The notes under the pieces were generated by a model, which was given only the letters and a program-made list of their open reading frames with translations, made no database searches and was not told the origin of the DNA. 64,000 bases of DNA, taken from a virus. Lineage: Duplodnaviria > Caudoviricetes. The position numbers were made by a program, and so were the translations under genes. Of this stretch, positions 1 through 8,675 are shown one piece after another (position 1 is the stretch's first letter; each line of letters begins with the position of its first letter). The stretch spans positions 32,001 through 96,000 of the IMG/VR virus record IMGVR_UViG_3300028591_000086, one strand, 5' to 3'.

Positions 1-100
1 CTTTATCGTTGTTAATAAGAGTTTCAAGTTCGTTCTTAGTTACAATTTGTCCATCAAATGTTTTTGAAAGAAATTTCAACGTAGTTGATAGGTTATTCAT
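1..100 (-). CDS. N-terminus of a hypothetical protein running off the left edge (MNNLSTTLKFLSKTFDGQIV...)
   Basis: ATG at 100 with AAGGAG RBS (108-113, minus strand). Frame open to the window edge. Promoter motifs upstream at 157-168 and 176-183. Confidence 0.7.
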   Translation of the reverse strand, partial: MNNLSTTLKFLSKTFDGQIVTKNELETLINNDK

Positions 101-148
101 AATTTTACTCCTTAAAGGATTATATATTAGATTTATGATGTACGTAAA

Positions 149-183
149 TATATTACTATAATTATGTTTTTAAATATAATATA
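149..183. promoter_or_regulatory. Divergent phage promoter region
   Basis: TATATTAC at 149-156 (+, matches the phiKZ early consensus) faces the polymerase gene. TATATTAT (176-183) and AACA-TAATTA-TA (157-168) on the minus strand face the leftward gene. Confidence 0.55.
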
Positions 184-220
184 ATTTGAACTATTTATAT
201 GAAATAGGAGTTTTTAAAAT

Positions 221-2383
221 ATGCCTAAAATAAGTGAATTATGGAAAGAAAAAACCATAGAAGTTCTAACTAATTTATATGGTAACGAAATAGATAAAGA
301 TAAACTTGAACAAATGTTAGATAATGAACTAGAAAAACGAAGAAAGTTCTTTCCAAAAATGCAATTGAGAAATCTGTATACCACTCAGAATTTTTCAGTA
401 GAAATGGATGATATATTGGATATTATTAAAAAAGAAGATTTGTGTGTTGAAGCTAATAATACTATGACTTATAGCTTAAATAAAGTAGCTTCACCTTTAC
501 CTAAGATACTTATTAAACAGAAAGGCGATAGAAATATTCACAAGAAAAAAATGCTTAAAGCCAAAGAGATGATAGCTATTCTTAAACGAGAAGGAAAGTT
601 TGTTGAAGGTTGCCCAGAAGACGAAATGTTTAAAGACGGTAACAAACTTCAGTTAAAAGTAAAGGTTTTCATGAATTCAGTATATGGTGTACAAGGTCAA
701 AAAGGAAGTTTTTTGTATTCACCAGATACAGCAGGTGCTATAACTGCTCAAGGACGTGAAATGATTGCTGAAATGACATGGACTATAGAGCGATTATTCT
801 ATGGAACATTACATTTCTGTTCAATGGACGAATATATATCATATATTCATAAAATTAAAACCGAGATTAATCCCGAATCAGAATGGTTAAAATATATAAC
901 ATATATTCCAACTGAGGAAGATGTTGCTAAACAATTAGCTAAAGGAATGCATAGTATAGTCGATATCGATAAATATATTGATAGTTTTGCACCTGTTATG
1001 TATAATTACATTAAAAATATGAATAAGATTGAAAGGATCTATTATTATTATTCTTGTAATTTATTCGGTTTAATATATAAGAATAAAAAGATATTCGATT
1101 TATTTGAAAGCATTATAAATATGAATATATCTTTCTTAGCACCAGCATATAAACCATCTGATGAAGATAATGAAAAATTCGCTAAATACTTAGATTTAGA
1201 TTATACTGTTGTGGATTCGAATAAGATAACCGATTTTGGTGATGATAAAGATACTTTGAAAAAACTTACAAACTATCTTGTATTCAATAAAATAAATCCT
1301 ATAATCAATGTGATTTGTAAAATAATTGAAGAGTTTGTAATCGTTCACATGAGTACTCCTAAAAGAGCACTTAAATACCAAACCAAACGTCGTAGGGCAA
1401 TCATTGTTTCAGACACAGATTCGATTATCGTTAATCTTAATCCTGCTATTACAAATTTATTTAAGGCACATAGAATACAAAATCACTTAACTTTAGATAC
1501 ACCAGAATTAGCATTCTATGACGAAGATTTGAACTTTAAACTTGTAAATATATTTACAAGTATATTGATTCATGGAACAGTTGTTGCAGGTGATGTTTTC
1601 TGTAAGAATGCTAATGTTCCTGAAAATTATAGAAAATGGATTGAGATGAAGAACGAATTCCTTTTCAAACGTTTAGTAATGTATACTGATGCTAAAAAGA
1701 ATTACATTGTTAATACTAGACTTCAGGAAGGAAAAGTTCTTGATGAAATTTCAGCAACAGGTATCAAATTGAATTCATCGGTTATACACCCAGAAGTAAA
1801 GAAACGCATTATGGATTGTATAGAAACTGAAATGATTAAAGCACCTGTTGTTAATCCTATAAACATCATGTATAAGGTTAAAGATATTGAAAACTTCATA
1901 GTAGAATCTATAAAACAAGGAGATTTATCTCTCGGTAAGAAAGCTAGATTTTCAGGAATGAAAGGATATAAAACAGGTGTTTATAGAAATGATGCAGGAC
2001 GATCAGCTCTCATTTGGAACATACTATATCCAAACGAAAAAATTAATACTGGAGATTATGGATATACATTTTCGACAACATTGTTTACTGAAGATGATAT
2101 TAGACGAAAGATGATGTCTAGATTCCCAGAAGAAGCAAATATGTTGTTAGAGAAAATATTTAAAGATGAAAATCTCAAACAGTATGGTTTAAGAAGTATT
2201 ATGATTCCCGCATCTTCTGAAAATATTAAGAAATTACCAGATTGGCTGATTCCATATATAGATTATGCTAAAATGGCAAATAAACATATGCAACCCATTA
2301 TAAGTTTACTTACTTCAGTAGGTCTCAAAAATAGTGCAATATCTAGTTCTAAAACTACATATTCACCACTTATAAGTTTTTAA
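221..2383 (+). CDS. Family B DNA polymerase, polymerase-domain subunit of a split phiKZ/AR9-type enzyme
   Basis: Motif B KVFMNSVYG, motif C SDTDS and KKNY are present. No 3'-5' exonuclease motifs and no DxxSLYPS motif A could be found. Confidence 0.9.
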   Translation: MPKISELWKEKTIEVLTNLYGNEIDKDKLEQMLDNELEKRRKFFPKMQLRNLYTTQNFSVEMDDILDIIKKEDLCVEANNTMTYSLNKVASPLPKILIKQKGDRNIHKKKMLKAKEMIAILKREGKFVEGCPEDEMFKDGNKLQLKVKVFMNSVYGVQGQKGSFLYSPDTAGAITAQGREMIAEMTWTIERLFYGTLHFCSMDEYISYIHKIKTEINPESEWLKYITYIPTEEDVAKQLAKGMHSIVDIDKYIDSFAPVMYNYIKNMNKIERIYYYYSCNLFGLIYKNKKIFDLFESIINMNISFLAPAYKPSDEDNEKFAKYLDLDYTVVDSNKITDFGDDKDTLKKLTNYLVFNKINPIINVICKIIEEFVIVHMSTPKRALKYQTKRRRAIIVSDTDSIIVNLNPAITNLFKAHRIQNHLTLDTPELAFYDEDLNFKLVNIFTSILIHGTVVAGDVFCKNANVPENYRKWIEMKNEFLFKRLVMYTDAKKNYIVNTRLQEGKVLDEISATGIKLNSSVIHPEVKKRIMDCIETEMIKAPVVNPINIMYKVKDIENFIVESIKQGDLSLGKKARFSGMKGYKTGVYRNDAGRSALIWNILYPNEKINTGDYGYTFSTTLFTEDDIRRKMMSRFPEEANMLLEKIFKDENLKQYGLRSIMIPASSENIKKLPDWLIPYIDYAKMANKHMQPIISLLTSVGLKNSAISSSKTTYSPLISF

Positions 2384-2389
2384 ATTATG

Positions 2390-2419
2390 AACTAATAGTC
2401 TCACATGAGGCTATTAGTT
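2390..2419 (+). terminator. Intrinsic terminator after the polymerase gene
   Basis: AACTAATAGTCTCA / TGAGGCTATTAGTT inverted repeat followed by Ts. Confidence 0.75.
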
Positions 2420-2441
2420 TTATTAAGAATAAGGAGAAAAT

Positions 2442-2639
2442 ATGAATGTAAAAGTTATACAATTAGATGGGTCTAAATATCCATATAAATCTAAGAAAAA
2501 AAGAATTTATAATAAATGGGTTAAAAAACACACATTACAATCAGTTATATATAATAATGTAGTTCCCACAGGAATCAGTATGCACCAAAATGAAGATGGT
2601 ACCACGATTGTCGATGTTAACTGTAAATCTATGAAGTAA
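2442..2639 (+). CDS. Hypothetical protein (65 aa)
   Basis: AAGGAG RBS. First of a tightly packed run of small genes. Confidence 0.7.
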   Translation: MNVKVIQLDGSKYPYKSKKKRIYNKWVKKHTLQSVIYNNVVPTGISMHQNEDGTTIVDVNCKSMK

Positions 2640-2665
2640 AAATATCATTATTAAGGAGTATTATA

Positions 2666-2911
2666 ATGACACAAATTAAAATTGTTGAGATTGGAAATGA
2701 AATTATTAATCGTGCTGAAGATCAAATCAATACTGTACTTAAGAAACTTCAGGATAAAGGATACTTCATTCAAGATATCAAATATCATGAAACAAAATTT
2801 TCACAATATTGTACTATTATGTATGATGATAATACTTACTCATCAAGACCTGGAGATGCTTGTGAATCTGATGAAGAATTTTCTGCTAGAATGAAACATG
2901 AAACTAATTGA
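2666..2911 (+). CDS. Hypothetical protein (81 aa)
   Basis: AAGGAG RBS and operon context. Confidence 0.75.
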   Translation: MTQIKIVEIGNEIINRAEDQINTVLKKLQDKGYFIQDIKYHETKFSQYCTIMYDDNTYSSRPGDACESDEEFSARMKHETN

Positions 2912-2944
2912 TGGATTAAATTTCAATAAAGGAGAAAATAAAAT

Positions 2945-3331
2945 ATGCTCGAATTAACTAATGAAATAACTCGTTTAATGGATGAACACGTTAGTGAAAA
3001 ATGGCAATATAAAAATGGAGACATTAAATTTCATGTTTACGTGTATTCTAAGAAAAACAATGAAGGCAATTTGGAACCGATAATATTTAATATAACTGAT
3101 AAAATATATGGAATGTATTTAAGATACCCAGGATATACGTGCGGTAATATAAGAATAAATAAAGATAACACAATTCATTCGATAGTTCTAACCAGACGGG
3201 GCGGTGCTTTTTCTGGTGGTGATGAAACTGTATTCAATGATCCAGATAAACTTGAAAAGATATTAAATGATAGATATTGTGGAAAACGAATTACTGATAT
3301 ACCATTTGATAATCCAAAAATACATAAATAG
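2945..3331 (+). CDS. Hypothetical protein (128 aa)
   Basis: AAGGAG RBS and operon context. Confidence 0.75.
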   Translation: MLELTNEITRLMDEHVSEKWQYKNGDIKFHVYVYSKKNNEGNLEPIIFNITDKIYGMYLRYPGYTCGNIRINKDNTIHSIVLTRRGGAFSGGDETVFNDPDKLEKILNDRYCGKRITDIPFDNPKIHK

Positions 3332-3343
3332 GAAGAAAAATAA

Positions 3344-3697
3344 ATGAAAAAAATACTAGCACTAATCATCACTTTATTTATAAGTGTAACTATATTATCA
3401 GCTGGATCTATAGAAAGACTTAAACGAGAAATACGTAGTAATACGGTATATTTCCCATCGGCATTTGTAAGAATTAAGTCAGATATTGGAACAGAAATAT
3501 TACTTGATATAAATAATCCAAATTTAATATTATATACCCCGGGTGTACTTACTAAAATTGCAATTATAACATGTAATAATTTTTATATAGAATTTATGGA
3601 TATGGATATTGATCAATTAATTAAATTAATAGACGATCTTTCTTCGAGACGTATCGATCGTGTAGACGACTTAAGTATACGAATTATAAGACCATAA
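3344..3697 (+). CDS. Hypothetical exported or membrane-anchored protein
   Basis: N-terminus MKKILALIITLFISVTILSA is a classic signal peptide. Confidence 0.7.
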   Translation: MKKILALIITLFISVTILSAGSIERLKREIRSNTVYFPSAFVRIKSDIGTEILLDINNPNLILYTPGVLTKIAIITCNNFYIEFMDMDIDQLIKLIDDLSSRRIDRVDDLSIRIIRP

Positions 3698-3714
3698 AAA
3701 GGGGGAAGAATATA

Positions 3715-4362
3715 ATGAAAAAAATTACTAATACATCAGTTGATAACGCATTAAACGCTAGATCAATATTTGATGTGTTATATAGAGGAATCAAATTCGT
3801 TAAGAAAGATAAATCCACAACTATATTAAATAACATTAACCCTATGGTAGCACCTGCTGTACAGATATTATTATTAAAAGGATATAACGTTAAAAGTGCT
3901 AAAATTATACCTAGTAGCGAAATCGGTATACTCGAAAATTTTGCTACTGATTTAATCATAACTATAGATTGTGATACTAAAAAATATTTAGATAAGATAC
4001 AACGTGGAAAAATCACTAAAAACGTACGCAGATTACTGGATGAAGAATTAAAAATATACAAAGATCTAGTGGGTGTTTCTAATTACGTGAATATGGTATG
4101 GAAACAATTTTACGCATATGCTGAAATAAAACGAGACAGAGATAATCATGAAGTTATAATTTCTATAACTAATAATGCTCTTACTGCTCTATCGAATAGA
4201 TATATATTAGAACACGATAAGGATAATTTAGTTGATTTTAAAAAAGATAAAATGATATTCACTATGTGCGAATATGCATTTGCGTTTGCTAAACATGTTC
4301 CTGAATACGTAGATGAATGTGAAGAGTTAAAGAAAACATTACGGATATTTAGGATAGTATAA
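3715..4362 (+). CDS. Hypothetical protein (215 aa)
   Basis: Purine-rich RBS. Last gene before a bidirectional terminator. Confidence 0.75.
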   Translation: MKKITNTSVDNALNARSIFDVLYRGIKFVKKDKSTTILNNINPMVAPAVQILLLKGYNVKSAKIIPSSEIGILENFATDLIITIDCDTKKYLDKIQRGKITKNVRRLLDEELKIYKDLVGVSNYVNMVWKQFYAYAEIKRDRDNHEVIISITNNALTALSNRYILEHDKDNLVDFKKDKMIFTMCEYAFAFAKHVPEYVDECEELKKTLRIFRIV

Positions 4363-4377
4363 TTAACATAAAAAATA

Positions 4378-4399
4378 CCTAGGGCAGTATTGCCCTAGG
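4378..4399. terminator. Bidirectional terminator between convergent operons
   Basis: CCTAGGGCA-GTAT-TGCCCTAGG with A- and T-rich flanks. Confidence 0.8.
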
Positions 4400-4456
4400 A
4401 TTTTATCATTTACTATGTTAACGCAGTAATATCTTCATCATTTTTTTGTACTACGT

Positions 4457-5521
4457 TTAACGTTTAACAGTATCAAGAGTTTTATTCAGTTCAGGATTAG
4501 CTTTAAATGCTGTATCAATAACATCGATTTTATCTTCTAAGAGAACAGAAGATTTATCGAATCCTTCACTTGAATTAGCTTTTCCCTTAGTATAAGTGTC
4601 TTTGTATGTGATGCTGTCAGCAATTCTGTCAGCAAGTGTCATACCAATTGCACTCTTTCCAAGATTATCATCAGAATCAGTAGGATTAGCTTTAAGCCAA
4701 GTATCATAGATATATGCTGGAAGAACAGCATTGTTAGCACGCTCTTCGTAAAGACCTTCACGGTCAATAATTACAGCAGCTAATCTATCAACTTCTGGCC
4801 CTCTATCAAATGTTCCAGAAAATGTTAAATCGTGTTCAACACCCTGACCTGCTTCACCAAGAGCACCTGCATTTACATGATCATGTTTTGGTGTAGTACA
4901 TACACAATCATGATATATAGCTGCATATTCTATGTCCTCGGGTCTACATGTAGGTCCAAGCAATACATAAAGAATAGTCATTGATTTATTTGGTTGTAAA
5001 TCACGAATATCCTTACCATAGAAATGAGCAGCACCGGTCTTTGGATCGCTCATTCCAAAGTGCCAGTAATCGATTGCTTTACGTACTAACTGACCAGCAG
5101 TTTCAGGTACTTTAATAGTGAAGTCACCATTATTTTCTTTATAGATACCAACATATGTAGAGTTCTGACGAACAACACCATGTTGTTTCTGGAATGTTTC
5201 AAGTTGATAGCTTTGAATTCCTGAGAATTCGAGCGCTGTATCTTCAATAATATAACGCCAAGCTGCTGCAACTTTAGGGTCAAAGAACGGAACGTTCTTG
5301 AGTACTTTAAGAGCAAAACGACCAACCTTAAAAGGTTCACGCATTGCTGTTATAGATGGATCAACTGGCTGAATGCCGTTTTCAGATGCGAGTCTTGAAT
5401 AAACATTACCAGCAAAACCAACTGTACCATGTTCCCATCCAGCAACTACATTAAATCTATCGCCCTTAATTCCGTTAACACCATAGGTATCAGTATTGTT
5501 ATAAATATATCTTGAGCCCAT
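4457..5521 (-). CDS. Tail tube protein (phiKZ/AR9-type)
   Basis: Directly follows the sheath gene. Motifs EFSGI, FTIKVPE and W-x-x-G-x-x-DPKTG resemble jumbo-phage tube proteins. Confidence 0.75.
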   Translation of the reverse strand: MGSRYIYNNTDTYGVNGIKGDRFNVVAGWEHGTVGFAGNVYSRLASENGIQPVDPSITAMREPFKVGRFALKVLKNVPFFDPKVAAAWRYIIEDTALEFSGIQSYQLETFQKQHGVVRQNSTYVGIYKENNGDFTIKVPETAGQLVRKAIDYWHFGMSDPKTGAAHFYGKDIRDLQPNKSMTILYVLLGPTCRPEDIEYAAIYHDCVCTTPKHDHVNAGALGEAGQGVEHDLTFSGTFDRGPEVDRLAAVIIDREGLYEERANNAVLPAYIYDTWLKANPTDSDDNLGKSAIGMTLADRIADSITYKDTYTKGKANSSEGFDKSSVLLEDKIDVIDTAFKANPELNKTLDTVKR

Positions 5522-5533
5522 ATTTATCTCCTA

Positions 5534-7612
5534 TTAGTCGCCAACGATATTATTAGTAGGACGTTTAGCCCTAAGTTCAAGATGGAACTTTTTAGCATAG
5601 TTAGGGAATGTAATATCTACACCAATGTGAGCATTATCTTCCTTAACATCTAACTTAGTCTGATACAACTGGAAATTAATCTTAATTGTTTTAGGAATAG
5701 CTGCTTCAGCAATTCTATCATCAAGATCTTTCTTACAGTTAACCATTGTAGTTGCAATTTCATTTTCATCGTATTTATAGTATGGTGTTACACCTGCTAC
5801 AATTCGAATAATTCTACCTACCACAATAGCATTACGTACAGACATCATTTTAGAATTTTCTACTTCATACTGAGTATCTTCAAGACCATAAACAAGATCT
5901 TTATTCTTATTAAGGTATTGGATATTGTTGATATGAAGTTCTTCTAATGTTGCAATTGTATTTGCTTTATTCTTAACAGCAACCCAGAATGGATTGAAAT
6001 AAGATACACGTCCATGATTAGCACCAGCACGCATCTGGAATGCTCCGCCTACTGTAGCGAAATCATCTGCTAAACCAGCAGCCCAGTCATATGTTGCTGT
6101 TACTACTCTAGGAGTACCGTCTATTTCCTTATCCTTAAGGAGACCAGAATGACCATAGAATGAAACCATAAATGACCATTTACTATTTACATACGTAGTA
6201 AGTTCTCTACATTTAGAAATAGCGTCTCCAGAAGTTCTACCACCTTCGATACCGAAATCAATAGGAAGAGCAATATCTGGACGATATAAAGAGAACTTAG
6301 AAAGAATAGTTTTCTTAACTTCATCTGGATAATTTTCATCAGGAAGAATATCAATATCTGTGATTTTTTCATCAAAAATATCATCGTCTACATCACAGTT
6401 GAAGAAATTAATAAGAAGTTCTTCTTTCTTAGCTCTAGCCATTTCTTCAGTTACTACTGTACCATCGTCGAGAGTATTTCCTACTTCAATACTTCCGTCA
6501 GTTCCGTGATCGAGTGTAATATAACTATTTTCAATATCAATAGAATCAGCTGATGTAACGATCTTGTTATAAGGATTACCATTTTTAAAGATAGCATTAA
6601 GAATATCTATATCGTATGCACTTGCTTCTTCATTAGCACCGGAATCATTAATCTCATTAATAAGAGCATCATATGATTCAGGATAAGTAATAAGTTGGAT
6701 TGTCTTAAGCTCGTTATTATCATCAATATTTCTATAAACACTTCCGAGTGCTTCGGATGTATTATCGGTTGAAGAGAATACAGCATCTTTATTGAAACTG
6801 AAATTGAAGTCTTCACCAGAGAATAATGGTATATATTTACCAGTAGAAGACAATTGATAGAAATACATCACATAGCGTCTTCCATCTACACTCTTTTTAT
6901 CTCTATTTGTTTGTCTAGAAATATGGAATGCAAAATCGTTTCCACCTTTACCACGAGAATAATAATATACTGTAAATAATGGATAGAATTTTCTTTCATT
7001 ATTATTTGCGTCCATTAATGTTTGAACTGAACCATCAAATGCGGTAGGATTACCGTCATTATCAAAATAACCACGATTAGTTAATTCAATAGTTTCAGTT
7101 CTTAAAATAACGCCATTAACTGTAACAGGAATTTCTTCACCGCTTTCAGTAGATCTAACTCTTATTTGAATTTTATTTCCCTCAGTATCAAGCACATATG
7201 CACCTGAACCATAAGAAAGAACAGTTGTTCCATCTTCCGAAATTACAGTGTCGGTACGTTTGTATACTGGGATTGCTGAATCTTTTACAAGCGATACACC
7301 AAATACCGAATACGCTACTTTTGCATCATCTGGGCTTAAAGAGCAGAAGAATACTCTAGCTTTTGATTTAGCGAGACGAAGCGCATGAATATTTGCCTGT
7401 CCGTATTTTTCAAAAGACCCAAAATCATCACCATATTCAGTTTTAAGTGCGCCTGGGGAACGATTTTCAATTATCTTATTCTTCCTTCCACGACCAGAGA
7501 AACCTGCTATTAAAACACCTAAACCAGTGTCAAGGGCAGGAATATCGTTTTCCTGTTCAGGAGCAGATTCATCGAAGAATTCATAATCGAAATTAGGATC
7601 AAAGATAATCAC
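5534..7612 (-). CDS. Contractile tail sheath protein
   Basis: GTG start with GGAGG RBS, 692 aa. Sheath-like N-terminus (GFSGRG...EYG...KYGQ), GTDG, DENYP-x-EVK and C-terminal fold motifs. Paired with the tube gene. Confidence 0.82.
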   Translation of the reverse strand: MIIFDPNFDYEFFDESAPEQENDIPALDTGLGVLIAGFSGRGRKNKIIENRSPGALKTEYGDDFGSFEKYGQANIHALRLAKSKARVFFCSLSPDDAKVAYSVFGVSLVKDSAIPVYKRTDTVISEDGTTVLSYGSGAYVLDTEGNKIQIRVRSTESGEEIPVTVNGVILRTETIELTNRGYFDNDGNPTAFDGSVQTLMDANNNERKFYPLFTVYYYSRGKGGNDFAFHISRQTNRDKKSVDGRRYVMYFYQLSSTGKYIPLFSGEDFNFSFNKDAVFSSTDNTSEALGSVYRNIDDNNELKTIQLITYPESYDALINEINDSGANEEASAYDIDILNAIFKNGNPYNKIVTSADSIDIENSYITLDHGTDGSIEVGNTLDDGTVVTEEMARAKKEELLINFFNCDVDDDIFDEKITDIDILPDENYPDEVKKTILSKFSLYRPDIALPIDFGIEGGRTSGDAISKCRELTTYVNSKWSFMVSFYGHSGLLKDKEIDGTPRVVTATYDWAAGLADDFATVGGAFQMRAGANHGRVSYFNPFWVAVKNKANTIATLEELHINNIQYLNKNKDLVYGLEDTQYEVENSKMMSVRNAIVVGRIIRIVAGVTPYYKYDENEIATTMVNCKKDLDDRIAEAAIPKTIKINFQLYQTKLDVKEDNAHIGVDITFPNYAKKFHLELRAKRPTNNIVGD

Positions 7613-7707
7613 TTTTGACCTCCTAAAACTAAAAAAGAAAGTTAAAAAATATATTTTTTAACTTGACTTACTGCTATATAATTAACAATTATTTACAGAA
7701 ACCAAGT

Positions 7708-7719
7708 CATTTAAATGTT
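7708..7719 (-). promoter_or_regulatory. Late promoter for the sheath-tube operon
   Basis: AACA-TTTAAA-TG, matching the AR9 late consensus AACA-N6-T(A/G). Confidence 0.7.
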
Positions 7720-7764
7720 ATTTTCTTATGAATAGTGGGTTTTTATTTAAAACCTTATTTAGCA

Positions 7765-7859
7765 TTTATATTATATTTGTGACATAGTGTAGAAAGAACT
7801 CAGTGGCGTGGATATATAAAAGCGTTACGACTGATAGTAAATCTATGCGAAAAAGCTTA
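7765..7859 (+). ncRNA. Early promoter plus conserved structured leader RNA, copy 1
   Basis: TATATTAT at 7767-7774, followed by a leader homologous to 25717-25817 with compensatory substitutions in two helices. Confidence 0.7.
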
Positions 7860-7881
7860 AGGAAACATTAGGAGAAACACC

Positions 7882-8127
7882 ATGAAAACTATCGCACAGA
7901 TTAAATTCGAAGAAGTATTGGCTAAGGCTAAAAACGGTACAATCACTATAAATGATTGTATGGCTGTTTATCAGTATGCAGAAAAATTAACAGATAAACA
8001 GCTTGATTGGGTAACCAACATGTGGCAGTGTCTTAAAACTGGTAAGAAATTCGAGTTTAAATCAGAGAGCGAGGATATCCTCGACAGTGGTCTAGTTTAC
8101 AACAACTGCTTCGGCAGCGCTCGTTAA
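7882..8127 (+). CDS. Small early hypothetical protein (81 aa)
   Basis: AGGAG RBS, with its own promoter, leader and terminator. Confidence 0.8.
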   Translation: MKTIAQIKFEEVLAKAKNGTITINDCMAVYQYAEKLTDKQLDWVTNMWQCLKTGKKFEFKSESEDILDSGLVYNNCFGSAR

Positions 8128-8147
8128 ACTTAAACCTGTGTTACAAA

Positions 8148-8184
8148 AACACTACTCGCTCACACCGGGTAGTGTTATTTTTTT
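8148..8184 (+). terminator. Intrinsic terminator
   Basis: AACACTACTCG / CGGGTAGTGTT stem followed by a T-tract. Confidence 0.8.
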
Positions 8185-8239
8185 CTTCAAATTAAATAAC
8201 AAAATATATATTATTAAGTGCTATAATAAGGAGGTCAAA

Positions 8240-8632
8240 ATGAGATTATTTATAGTATTATTATTTTTCGCAGTTTTAACTTATATTTATGGTTGGATAT
8301 TCTATAATTTCGCAGAAATATACAACTCGGTATTATATAAAATAGGTCTTAATAAATTATATAAAAGTATAAAAATCACTACAACTTGCATACAATTAAC
8401 TACATGTGTAGACGTTAAAGAGGTCGTCGGTTCGAAAGAATACGACGAGCTCATAAATATGGCTAAAACTAAAATGGCTAAACTTAATAAGTCATATACA
8501 GAAATAATGTCTAGAATATGCAAAGAACCTACTAAATTTAAAAGCATATACAATCCACAATATTTAAAATGCATAAAATATGCTGGCAAATTAAAGAATT
8601 TATATTGTGAAAACTTTGCACATTATTATTAA
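8240..8632 (+). CDS. Hypothetical membrane protein (start corrected from 8138)
   Basis: AAGGAGG RBS before the ATG at 8240. N-terminal hydrophobic helix. TATATTAT early motif at 8207-8214. Confidence 0.75.
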   Translation: MRLFIVLLFFAVLTYIYGWIFYNFAEIYNSVLYKIGLNKLYKSIKITTTCIQLTTCVDVKEVVGSKEYDELINMAKTKMAKLNKSYTEIMSRICKEPTKFKSIYNPQYLKCIKYAGKLKNLYCENFAHYY

Positions 8633-8637
8633 ATTTT

Positions 8638-8670
8638 AATAAAACTGCACCTTTTAGGTGCAGTTTTATT
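8638..8670. terminator. Bidirectional terminator
   Basis: AATAAAACTGCACCT / AGGTGCAGTTTTATT inverted repeat between convergent genes. Confidence 0.85.
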
Positions 8671-8675
8671 TTTTA

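Noticed and set aside
7781-7850. T-box stem I or a known riboswitch as the identity of the leader
   Set aside because: No T-box UGGNACC antiterminator or other recognisable aptamer consensus, and the AGUA/GAA flanks do not pair as required.
7825-7855. CTGATAG...CGAAA in the repeated leader looked like a hammerhead ribozyme core
   Set aside because: The core needs CUGANGA. Copy 1 reads CUGAUAG and copy 2 reads UAGAUAG, and these bases are used in a covarying helix.
8138-8239. Longer start for the 8138-8632 ORF
   Set aside because: It runs through a terminator and promoter. The RBS lies before 8240.
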